A stretch of 64,000 nt of DNA from Octopus bimaculoides (GCF_001194135.2 NC_068988.1:90102688-90166687), one strand, 5' to 3'. Numbered from the stretch's first letter, positions 14,589-26,291 are shown. Made by a program: numbers and translations. Notes: a model not told the origin generated them from the letters alone.

Positions 14589-14634
14589 AACACAACGTTT
14601 CGGCTGATATACCCTCCAGCCTTCGTCAGGTGTC
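14589..14634 (-). ncRNA. Minimal type I hammerhead ribozyme
   Basis: Minus strand reads GACAC-CUGACGA-A-GGCUG-(GAGGGUAUAU)-CAGCC-GAAA-CGU-U^-GUGUU. Stem I is 5 bp including one G-U, stem II is 5 bp, and stem III is the palindromic ACGU typical of dimer-acting PLE hammerheads. The cleavage triplet is GUU. Confidence 0.75.
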
Positions 14635-14721
14635 TTGGAGAAATTTCGAACCTGGGTTCTCATTCCTTACGATGTTACTATTATTATATTATTATTATTA
14701 TTATTATTACTATTATTAATC

Positions 14722-14780
14722 AGGTCACTGCTTGGAATCGAATTCAGTATCCTGGGGTTAGTAGCTCGCGCTGTTAACCA
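14722..14780 (-). other. tRNA-like module (SINE-head-like) inside the PLE
   Basis: TGGTTAACAGCGCGAGCTACTAACCCCAGGATACTGAATTCGATTCCAAGCAGTGACC. It has a partial A-box (TGGTTAA), a 7-nt anticodon-like loop (CTACTAA) and a B-box-like TTCGATTCC, followed by (AAT)n. Confidence 0.55.
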
Positions 14781-14785
14781 TCTTG

Positions 14786-14917
14786 TTCCCATATGCTATT
14801 CATATCTGCACTCGGTCTGCTTAGGAGGTTGTTGTGTCCTAGCATATGTGCTGCTTCTTTTAGTTTTCGTATTTTCCAGTGTTGTTCCCTGTCTATTATT
14901 TTAACTTCATCCCACAG
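14786..14917 (-). pseudogene. PLE GIY-YIG endonuclease C-terminal fragment
   Basis: 44 open codons: LWDEVKIIDREQHWKIRKLKEAAHMLGHNNLLSRPSADMNSIWE. This matches the PLE EN pattern W..V.I...E..W..RK.KEA.......LNR. Confidence 0.75.
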
Positions 14918-15459
14918 ATAACAACAAACAAGATGAGGACAAATATCCGTCAAATGTAAATAATGTAAATAATGTAAATAATTCCTCATCTCTTAAATAT
15001 AGAACTACATAAATATATCTTTATGCTTTTTTTGTTTGCGATAATATTAATCTTAATATTTGTTTTCCTTTGTAGAACTGAATCCTAACGTTGTGTAACT
15101 AAAGACGTCTGTTGAATCTGTGGATCTCGAATTCATTTATGTGTGCGTATTTTAAACATGTGTTCGCGAGGGCAGACTTGCACTCATAGTTGTGCATGTC
15201 AGGAAATAACGCCTACAAGTTTCATTACTATTCATGATTGTGCGTTCATGAGTTTTACATATGTATATATAACTAGGTGCATGTCTTCACCGAGGTACCT
15301 CAAATGACTGTAATCTTGAAATGTTTTACAAGGTTTCACTGTACTTCGAAACAACTCTACCTCGAACTTACGAATCAGCCTTATTTTTTTTTCCATGGAG
15401 AACGTAAGTAGTTCCAGGTTTGAATGCAGATCTGTTGTATGTATGAATGTTTGTATATA

Positions 15460-15522
<63 letters not shown>

Positions 15523-15755
15523 AAATTGCAGTCGTTACGCCTGTCACTAACAAAGTGATAATGCTAACGTGCACATGAACTCGGATTGTGACTATGTTAT
15601 ATAAATTTTACAGCTGGATTTTTGAGCCTAAATAATACAGGGTAATTCATAACGATGAGACCCGTTTTATTTGTAATATTTACAATTTATTTGTAATAAG
15701 TCTATTTGTTCCAGTTAAGGAATCCTATCGTAGTGATACATCCTGTACTTGCAGA

Positions 15756-15976
15756 ATATTGGCTTCAAATTTTAGCACAAGACCAACAATTTCGCGAGAG
15801 GGGCTTTGGTCGATGGAATCGAGCCCGGTGCTCAACTGGTACTTATATTATCGACTCCAAAAGGATGAGAGGCAAAGCCAACATCCGCGGAATTTGAACT
15901 CAGAATGTAAATACAGGACGAAACTCCGCTAAGCATTTTTCCCGGCGTGCTAACGATTCTACCAGCGCGCCGCCTT
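15756..15976 (-). mobile_element. tRNA-headed SINE family A
   Basis: Minus strand GGCGGCGCGCTGGTAGAATCGTTAGCACGCCGGG...GAGTTCAAATTCC (A/B boxes), then the TTTGCCTCTCATCCTTTTGGAGTCGATAA body. Confidence 0.9.
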
Positions 15977-16885
15977 CTATTTGTAGAATATTAACTACTG
16001 ATGATTCTATATACATTTCATACATCTTTACTTCAGCCAAATTTTAGAAAATAAAACGATTCCTGCCAACGTATTGAGGGAGCTGAAAGGAAATATTTAA
16101 TACACGCTTAAATAAAGAAAAATTATGCTTGCTCCCGTATTAAGAGATCTTCCAGTTTAAGCTCCAGAGAACGATTAGCCGTCATATCTAATGAGGAAAA
16201 TTTTATGAACAAATATAACAGAAAGATATTCTCTTGTAGAAGTACAGGCAAATATCTCTTACATCGACAATAATCGCTAAGTTGAAAAATAATATGATAT
16301 TATATTATGGTTAATTAATTATATTTACAATTCATTCTTCATTATATATGTTTGTTTACATAATGAGTAGTATATAAAGAATTCATTGGATTCTCTCCCT
16401 TTCTCCTTTACTAAGATATTTGTTACCATTATTATTAACTTTTAGATTTTTAGATTTTACTTCGGCTGAATGTCTTCTTTTAATTTAAACTCTTAGTATA
16501 GCGTTCATAGCCTCTCTCCCTCAACAGCTTCCTGTAAACTAGCGTTCTTGTTTCGAATGCTCATTTAACTTAGCTGTATGGTGTTATTACTCGTACGTAA
16601 TCTTAGCATTTAGCGCAAGTCTTGCATCTGTAAGATGGTTCCCTGACGATGAATTTATGTGCATATTCCAGCACCTCTCACTTCTTTGTAGTGTGCACGT
16701 AATTTTTGAAACATATGTAGGAATTAAAGGAACTTATTGATTATATGTGTTTTGCTCCATTTATTATTATTCTTTATACATATGCGTTTATATATATATA
16801 TATNNNNNNNNNNNNNNNNNNNNNNNNNNNNNNNNNNNNNNNNNNNNNNNNNNNNNNNNNNNNNNNNNNNNNNNNNNNNNNNNNN

Positions 16886-17760
16886 ATATGGGTACAGGGC
16901 GTCACAAAACGTAAACAATCCAAAAACAAAATGAAATGCGATGACAATTTTATTTTTTTGCGAACAACGAGATAAACAAATGGAATACAAGACAAGCAAC
17001 ATAACGAACGACCCTTCATCAGTTGTCGGCTGTTTATCTACTCCACATTTCGAGAAATTCACGACAATATGTGCCTTCGATGAAACAGTTGCTCCCGCTA
17101 ATCGAAATAAAATTTGGGATGCTCCGGAGAGTCAAAGTTTGTAACAAAAACAGGACAATGAAACAAATAGTAAGGGCTGCTAAGCCAGACGGGGTAGGGT
17201 GGCGAACGCTGAAGAACAATCGTTTTTATCCCCATCATCATTTTTTATCTGTCCCCCTCTCTCTCAACCTCCTCCTCCTTTACCGTCTTGTTGCTCACAC
17301 GTTACTATTGTCCATCATTTTTCCACACGTGTTCGTCTCTCTTTTCTTCCGGTCTGTTGCACAGACAAGACGCATTCTTCTCTGTCTCCTCTCCTATCTA
17401 TTCTCCTGCCAAACAATTTTCCTCAGCGTTCGCCAACTTATCCCGTCTCTCTTAGTAGCTCTCACTATTTGTTTCACTCCAACTTTGACCCTCCACAAAA
17501 TCGCAAATTTTATATCGGTTTGCGGCACCAACTGTAACTTCAAAAGCACATATTGTCGTGAATTGCTCGAAATGTGGAGCAGATAAACAGCCGACAGCTG
17601 AAGAAGGGTCGTTCTTTACTTGTCTTGTATTACATTTCGTTCTCTTATGGTTCGCCAAAAAAAGCAGTTTGTTTTCGTATTTCATGTTGTTTTTCGTATT
17701 TTGGATTTCATGCTTACGTATTTCATGTTGTTTACATTTTGTGACGTCCTTTACCCATAT
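16886..17760. mobile_element. Foldback/MITE-like element with ~335-bp inverted arms
   Basis: Arms 16886-~17222 and ~17411-17760 are diverged reverse complements, e.g. atatgggtacagggcgtcacaaaa vs ttttgtgacgtcctttacccatat. The spacer is ~190 bp and (TA)n flanks both ends. Confidence 0.8.
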
Positions 17761-18432
17761 ATGCATATTTATATATACATATATATGTCAGTATGTACAT
17801 ATATGTATGTATATATGCCTATATATATATTTTTTACCGAAAGCGAGGAAAAATGTGTTTTTTATAGTAGTCTGACCTTAGAGTCCCTCATAGCGTGAGG
17901 CATTATTGTAGTATTGTAATGCCCTTATATAAATATAAATATATATTTCGGGAATTAATGATAGATTTTTCACTTATGAGGTTTTTTTAACGCTAGCAAC
18001 TTGATGAATTCTTGTAAAAGAATTCGTCCTATTATTGAATTTATATATATATTATTTATATTATTATATGATTGAACGCCACACATCCATTTCCAAGTAT
18101 ATATACATATATTCATTTATATATATTATTGTCTGTGTATTATATAATATATTAAATATCTCTTAATAGACATCATAGGGTTATTACAAATATTGGACTA
18201 TCACATGACAAAATGTTGCCAGTGTTGACACAATAGCCGGAAGTGAACATTAAACTAACGAAATATATCTATTAACATTTGAAACTTTGTCACCGAAGTT
18301 TGAAAGCTTTTAATACTCTGTAATTGACAGTTTTTAGATGAAGTCGTCTTTTCTTTATATCATATTAATATTTCAACTATCTGAATATTTGATTTGAAGT
18401 CCAATTTCGTCCTACTGTCATTTCTCCGTGTA

Positions 18433-18497
<65 letters not shown>

Positions 18498-19693
18498 ATG
18501 TATATATATATATATATATAAACATATATGCATAACTGATTATATATATATATACATATATACATAACTGATTGCGTGAATGTATTAGTACCACATTTGA
18601 TTAAATAAATTTAATACATTTTTTTTCGTTTACTTGGAGCTGACTTTAGGGTATGGATTTCCAGGTGTCATGCAATCTATTTCCCGTAGCCGTCAGATTT
18701 CTCAATCCGATACCGCAGTCGAGTGTATGGGCTTGAAAATTTAATTATCGATGTGTAAATATACATACATATACACAAATATTCAAATATACATGTATAT
18801 ATAGACAGATAGCTGTACATATAATATATATATATATATGGATATATATATGGTTGTGCTTAAAGTCGAAAAACTAAACAGAGTTGAAAATACATAATAT
18901 TCAAATGTAATTAAATGATTCTTTCCAAGAATCTTTTCATTGGTTGCCAATTTTTTCTCGCTCAATGATTAATTTTCATCATATTTACATTTTCTTTATG
19001 ATGAACTTTCACCGTACCTTCAACATAGTGTTATGCGAACATTTATTAACGTACACAAAACTACAAAAAAAGAAAAACATGTGAGGTGTACCAGACATTG
19101 TGTGATTCTTGTTATTATGTTATATTAGTAAGAGAGGAGTGATTGACGTATGTATCGTGTTGGTGATTGTAGTGTTGATGCTGATAGTGATTTTAATGTC
19201 TACTGCAGTAATAGTTATGATTGTTTATGGTGATGATTGTGCCGCAAGTGATAAACGTTTGCAAGCCTTTTTAATTTTGATGCCGCATTACATAACACAG
19301 TCTACGGTGTACATGCGTGTCTGAAAATCGTATAGACATTATGCCGTATGAAAACATGTGTTCACGCGATATGCTTTATACTACAACAGGATAAAACATG
19401 AGTTGAGGTGATAGTACTAATGGTAGTGCTAGTAGTGGGTAGACGTGTCAATAGTAAGTCGATTCGACCCCATTGCACAACTAGTTGCAGGTGTTGTAGC
19501 CATTTTCATAACTTCACAAATATAAAGGCATTGTTGAAAAAGGTGAAAAAGGTTAGCATTATTTAATAAGGGCGCTGAATTCTCAGAATTGTGGACGAAA
19601 ATTTGTTTGCATTCTCAACTCGAATTTCACTACTATCAGCATTGGCATTCGCATCTCCGGGGGTCAATAAAATACAATGTCAACCAAGAATTG

Positions 19694-20017
19694 GAGCACT
19701 CCGTCGGTTACGACGACGAGGGTCCCAGCTGATACGATCAACGGAACAGCTTGCTCGTGAAATTAACGTGCAAGTGGCTGAGCACTCCACAGACACGTGT
19801 ACCCCTAACGTAGTTCTCAGGGAGATTCAGCGTGACACAGAGTGTGACAAGGCTGACCCTTTGAAATGCAGGTACTACTTATTTTTGCCAGCTGAGTGGA
19901 CTGGAGCAACGTGAAATAAAGTATATTGCTCAAGGACACAAAGCGTCGCTGGGAATTGAACTCACGACCTTACAATCATGAGCCGAATGCCCTAACAACT
20001 AAGCCACGTGCCTTCAC
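19694..20017 (-). mobile_element. tRNA-headed SINE family C, full length with 13-bp TSD
   Basis: TSD CAACCAAGAATTG at 19681-19693 and 20018-20030. Head GGTGAAGGCACGTGGCTTAGTTG...GAGTTCAATTCC. Same body as 48801-49065. Confidence 0.92.
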
Positions 20018-20905
20018 CAACCAAGAATTGCGGTCGATGGTATTCAATAACAAACTCCCCTCACCAATGCTGGCTTTATTCCTGAACCAGGGACTATCGT
20101 ATATTGTGTATAGTTTCTGGTGTACAATGTACATGTTGGACCAATATACATGTTAAAACTTTTAAGCCCACTGAAGTTAGTCGTAGTAATTTTAAGGCTA
20201 TCCTACCGAATTAAGTTACATACAGGCTACTGAAGTAGGTGGTGCAGTATTCTATAATCTGATGAGCATTCTGGGATAGTGAATTGTGTTCATTAAAAAG
20301 ATAAGCCTAGTTAGCAAGAAGAGTTGATTCAGAAACAAGGACAATTACAATAAGTCAGCATCGAAGGATCTTGCCTTCACATGCCCGGCTGGGTAGTGTA
20401 GCGAAAGCTGCCTGAAGTTAAATTCTGAAGCCTGGGAAGTGGAGAATACACACGATTATGTATTGCAAGCCAAGTTTGAAATAACAGGATCATCACAGTT
20501 TGTTCGTCTGTTTTCTTGATTTTACTTTGAAATCTAGCCAGCAAAATCGTCATATGCGAGATGCGAATGCATGTGCGCACGAATTCATTTGTGTGTGTGT
20601 GTGTGCGTGCGTGCGAGTGTGTGTGTTTGAGTCTGTGCGTGCGTGCACGCGTGCGTCTGTATTTGTGTGTGCTTATTCATGTGTGTATCTGTCCGTGTAT
20701 TTGCATACTCATGCTTGTTTATACGAGTGTTGATGCGCAAACATTTATCTTTCCGACACACACAAACACACAAACACACATACACAGAGCGGTACATATG
20801 TATGTATGTATGCATTGACGCGCTTATCTATGTAAATACAAATTTATTAATATGGATGCATATATATACATTTGAATATAGAGGTATAGGCACACACAGA
20901 CACAC

Positions 20906-20944
<39 letters not shown>

Positions 20945-20974
20945 TATATATATATATATGAGACGCCATGATTA

Positions 20975-21172
20975 ATCGCTGACCAAACCGCATTCAGTTT
21001 TTTTTCTACGTGTCTTTCTCCTTGTTTTCTCCGTATTCTTTCTGTTGAAGAGCGTAACTCGAAACGTTAAAGACTTTCTATATTCCCGAACATCAAACTA
21101 ATACATCCTTTTGTTGTTTACACCACCTGTCCTCGTCTGTTGTTGTTTTTTTCGTACATTCTCCCATATATA
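20975..21172 (+). mobile_element. Short PLE pLTR-like or retrozyme-like element carrying a hammerhead-like motif
   Basis: About 200 bp between (TA)n tracts, containing the motif at 21037-21073. Confidence 0.5.
21037..21073 (+). ncRNA. Hammerhead-like motif with variant core (CUGUUGA)
   Basis: UCUUU-CUGUUGA-A-GAG-(CGUAA)-CUC-GAAA-CGU-U^-AAAGA. All three stems are in register, but A6 is replaced by U. Confidence 0.5.
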
Positions 21173-22326
21173 TATNNNNNNNNNNNNNNNNNNNNNNNNN
21201 NNNNNNNNNNNNNNNNNNNNNNNNNNNNNNNNNNNNNNNNNNNNNNNNNNNNNNNNNNNNNNNNNNNNNNNNNNNNNNNNNNNNNNNNNNNNNNNNNNNN
21301 NNNNNNNNNNNNNNNNNNNNNNNNNNNNNNNNNNNNNNNNNNNNNNNNNNNNNNNNNNNNNNNNNNNNNNNNNNNNNNNNNNNNNNNNNNNNNNNNNNNN
21401 NNNNNNNNNNNNNNNNNNNNNNNNNNNNNNNNNNNNNNNNNNNNNNNNNNNNNNNNNNNNNNNNNNNNNNNNNNNNNNNNNNNNNNNNNNNNNNNNNNNN
21501 NNNNNNNNNNNNNNNNNNNNNNNNNNNNNNNNNNNNNNNNNNNNNNNNNNNNNNNNNNNNNNNNNNNNNNNNNNNNNNNNNNNNNNNNNNNNNNNNNNNN
21601 NNNNNNNNNNNNNNNNNNNNNNNNNNNNNNNNNNNNNNNNNNNNNNNNNNNNNNNNNNNNNNNNNNNNNNNNNNNNNNNNNNNNNNNNNNNNNNNNNNNN
21701 NNNNNNNNNNNNNNNNNNNNNNNNNNNNNNNNNNNNNNNNNNNNNNNNNNNNNNNNNNNNNNNNNNNNNNNNNNNNNNNNNNNNNNNNNNNNNNNNNNNN
21801 NATATATATATATATACATACATATGATATTAAATAAATGAAAAAGAATGATAAATTATTTCATGAGTTTACTTTATAGCCGTTGTTTCTGCTACAAGAC
21901 GTTCATAGTTGACTGTTTGTGTAACCCCCATATAGCTTGACCTGAGTATCGAAGATGAAGCTCTGAAGACGCTACTGGGTGATACACGAGCATTAATGTA
22001 TATATGGATTGCGTCTTACAGGAGAAACAGCTTAAGGTACTGAAGTTCATAACATTATTTTTTATTATCTTCTCATTTATTCAATTTCTTATTACTGATG
22101 CTTTAGTCTGTAGCTTATGTATATTGAATTCTAACTCTAAGTTATTAGACTCTCTATGCCAATGTGAATTAATAATAATAATAAAATCAATAATGAGAAT
22201 AATAATAATAATAAAAATAACAATAATAATAATCCTTCTATTGTAGCTACAACGCCTGAAATAAATGGGTAGGGGCCAATCGATTACATCGACTCCAGTG
22301 TATAACTGGATGATGATGATTATTAT

Positions 22327-22685
22327 TAGTCGAGCAAATCGACCCCAGAACTTTTACTTTGGAAGCCTAGTACTTATTCTATCGGTCTCTTTGCCGAACC
22401 GCTAAGTTACGGGGACGTAAACACACAACCATGGGTTTTCAAGCGATGTTGGGGTGAAGGCAAACACAGACACACAAACACACACACACACACACACATA
22501 TATATTCATATAAATATATATACGACGGGCTTCTTTCAGTTTCCATCTACCAAATCCACTCACAGGGCTTCGGTCGCCCCGAATAAAAGACACTTGCCCA
22601 AGGTGCCACGCAGTGCGACTGAACCCAGAACCCAGAACCATGTGGTTGGTAAACACGCTACTTACCACACAGCCACCCTGCGCCT
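22327..22685 (-). mobile_element. SINE family B (CORE-like)
   Basis: Head GGCGCAGGGTGGCTGTGTGGTAAG...GGGTTCAGTC and the CORE-like GGCACCTTGGGCAAGTGTCTT. Confidence 0.9.
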
Positions 22686-22689
22686 ATAT

Positions 22690-22691
22690 TT

Positions 22692-22722
<31 letters not shown>

Positions 22723-22739
22723 TATTATTATTAGCAGCT

Positions 22740-22830
<91 letters not shown>
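22690..22830. repeat. (ATT)n(CAG)n(TAG)n compound microsatellite
   Basis: Direct. Confidence 0.95.
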
Positions 22831-22832
<2 letters not shown>

Positions 22833-23725
22833 TGATAACTTTATACATCGGTGTATTTGTCCAGTTGTAACAATTAAGATAAAAAATGCTAGACATATAT
22901 TTCAGACTCGTATAATGTTTTTAATCTAACTCATCCATCTGCATAATGACTTTATTGTACAGTTCACATTTGCTCAATATTATCTTCATTTGGCATAGCT
23001 ATGTCGGTAATTATAAAAGCAATTGTAAGGTTTATTGTATGCTAACTGGTAGCCTGTATCCATGTATACTAAAATTACATAGTAATTTCTCTTGCATTTT
23101 GTATGATAAGCTGATATTTATAAGAGTCCAACAGAGTACTTTCCTCAAATGATAGAAATTGCGTGGTCAGGAAATCATATCGCAACTAACGCATGTTATT
23201 GTGTCATATCGTACATAACTCAATCGACATTTTCACTGTTATTGCAGGAACAGTAAATCTACATGTTCGGTTGTAAGTGATGTTCAATAGTGTCGTACAT
23301 TTGAATAGATTTTGTCGTCGCTTCGTTCTAGCTCAGCAGCAATTCAGCAGTCATATGATTCCAGTTATAACGAGACTGTCATTTCGTCAAACATAATGTC
23401 CTTTGTGGAAGTTATCTAAAACGTCGTTCTGCTGTGATGATAGCGTGCAATTTATTTAGAGGGTGTTTTTGTTATTGTATCTTGCAAGTGACAACCTATG
23501 TGGTCACAAAAAGACACAATTTGTATCAAATCTGTTAATCTGAAACCGTGTCTATATGCGGTTGATACAGATTTAGATTGGTAGTGAAACTATATTTGGA
23601 AACATGTTGGAAGACACAGAATGCGACGTTGACTGTAACAACTACGGAGATATTTTCGAGCTTATGGTCAATTCGTTTAGTTGAAGAATGATAAGAATGT
23701 TTATTAGAGCAAATTTTGGGATAAG

Positions 23726-23767
<42 letters not shown>

Positions 23768-23902
23768 CATACATACATATAATTTTTCTGAATCTTCAAA
23801 TTTTTCTGAATCTTTAGATCTTTCAATATGCTAGGCCACTGGTTTAAATTGATATTAATTAAATTAATATTCAATTTTTCACCCTAATTATTTAAAGTTA
23901 TA

Positions 23903-23945
<43 letters not shown>

Positions 23946-25766
23946 GCATACACACAAGTTACTCTCTTTTATGTTCGGTATATATTCTTGATCTTTATAA
24001 TGCACAAATTTAGTTTAATGTATCTCCATATCGTGGATTCAATACCGCATTATTCAAGCAGCCAGTAAGACGGTATGATACAATTTTGATATGATTTTAC
24101 TGCAATTTCTAGCAGTTTACGCCATTGAATATATCCTGCTATTTGAATCGTTTATTAGAGACCGTACATGTTAATAAGTAATGAGATTGCTCAGTTATAA
24201 TCAAAATAAGAGCAAACAATATCCCTTCCATCTAAATCAGTGACACACATTTTAGCCTTATAAAGAATTTCCCAAATTAATCAATGGAAATCATTGAAAT
24301 TCTAACTGTCATATTTGATCATATTGCTAGAAACAACTTCATGACATGGAATCAAAAATAACGAGTTTGTCATAAATGTCCTGAAAATGTATAACAGCAA
24401 AAACGTATATTTACCAAAGTTTCCATATAATCATAGTTTATTTAATATTGGGCGCACAATGTTGCGAGAAAAGCTAATTATTTTCTTGAATTATTTGATC
24501 AATGTTAATTTCTCTCGATTTTTAAGTTGCTAAATATAAACCGAAACATTTTCGTGGTCACTAGTTCTGCACGAAATAATAGTTGCTAAATTTTCAAGCG
24601 GCTTAAGAAGAAGATACATTATATAATGTAGTACGTCATGGCATTGAAAAAAACGAACGATTACGGATAGAATACTTTTCATCATCGATTTTCATTATAT
24701 GATTTCGGTCGAGGTTAACTAACAGAAACAGCATCAACGCGCTTATATATATATTCTTGTCGTGGTAACATTTATTTTGAGCGAAGGATATGGATGATTT
24801 TAGAGCAGCTATGTAGAAATAGATACGTATATAAATTATGATATCTTGTCTCAGCAAACGGAAATAAGCAGTAGAGAGGAAAGTGTTCAATCGGTTGATT
24901 TATCAAACCCAAATAGATGAGAAGAAAATTAGACGCCGTCAGGGTAATAAATCTGAAGAAGCTTCTATTGACTGTAAAAATTTTAGTCAGACTATTTAAT
25001 TGTTTGTTTTGTTGTTGTTGTTTTTTTTCTGACAGATCCGCGCCTTATAAACAAACGAGCACAAACACAAACAGACCCACACAAACGTGATCGTTCGACC
25101 ATCGAATCTGACGATGTCATCACAACAGCCGGGAACAAATATAATAAATTAATAAATAAAATCCCTGATTTATGAAGAAACAGATATACAGACGAATAGA
25201 CGAACACACATATGATAGTCTGACCGTCGAATTTAGCTATGACCTTGAACAGATAGAAAAGTTTATAAATAGATAAAATTACATAATGAATTGAAGAAGG
25301 AAAAAGTTAAATCAAGAAACGGGTAAGATGTCTCACGGTTTAATGAAATCGACTTTGTTTACATCATCTTTTCTAGCATTTTCCACTTATAGAAAGAGCA
25401 AAGAAGTTGTAAAGAAGGTTGTTCAGTTTTCTTGAGCGCAGATATCGAAACCTATCCCTAATATAACTTGACGACCAAATTCCAGGGCCACTTACCATTT
25501 ATGTTTGTTCTAACTGCGCATACCTACGAAACCTACTGTCATTTACTGTCACCGAAAGCCTCCAGCAACCTGACACCGCATAAATTCATTAAATGTGAGA
25601 AAAGTTAACAAAAGTGTCAGATAGAGAAAATAGATAATAGGTAGATGTTTGATAAATGTCAGACAGTTTTAAGTGAAAGTGAGAAGGTCTCACATCAGAC
25701 ACATGCTCACACAATACTGCTTTCACATATTTGCACAAGACTAGCGATTTCAAGGTGGGATATGAA

Positions 25767-25911
25767 ACGATTACATCGATTCCAGTATTTAACTTGTAAT
25801 TATTTTTTCGAGTCCAAAATGAACGAAAGGCAAAGTCGACCTCGAAGAATTTGAACCTAAAGTCAGACGAAACGCCGCTAAGCATTTTGCCCGACGTACT
25901 CTGCCAGCTCA
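25767..25911 (-). mobile_element. SINE family A, diverged
   Basis: aaggcaaagtcgacctcgaagaatttgaac...ccgctaagcattttgcccg matches family A. Confidence 0.8.
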
Positions 25912-26291
25912 CTTCCAGTAGTAACATAAAATTAGTTACTGTAAAAATGCCCGAGCTCCACATTTCACAGCGCCATCGAAATCTATGTGCACCCGGATCA
26001 TAAAACATTATCCCTGGTGCTTACGTTGCACCTAGCTTCTAGCCTAGCACAATAGAATGTTGCCACGTGTACCAGATGTCTGCATAGACTTGCTGTCTCC
26101 TAAGTTGAAGCCGTGGCCAGAAGAACTAGTTATGCCTTCCATGAACTACTTGAATGGATTGCGAACATTACACCATTTACCTCAACAGTCAAGATTTGCG
26201 GGGGCTGCCAATTTCCGACGACCTGCCTATGCAATAATTTGTACAGGAATATTGCATGTTACAAATAGAACCCACAAACGACCTGATATTA

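Larger units (their letters stand above)
14541..15006 (-). mobile_element. Penelope-like element, 5'-truncated, with inverted terminal segment
   Basis: GIY-YIG C-terminal peptide, hammerhead motif and a perfect 49-bp IR (14541-14589 vs 14919-14967). Inverted pseudo-LTRs (pLTRs) and hammerheads are established PLE hallmarks. Confidence 0.8.

Noticed and set aside
19943-20017. tRNA-Met-like sequence (CT-CAT-GA loop)
   Set aside because: The anticodon and acceptor stems do not pair, and it is the head of a SINE flanked by a TSD; not a tRNA gene.
20380-20440. GC-rich stretch with an AGC-GAAA-GCT tetraloop hairpin and flanking pairing
   Set aside because: Short stems compatible with chance; no match to a ribozyme or snRNA core that I can support.
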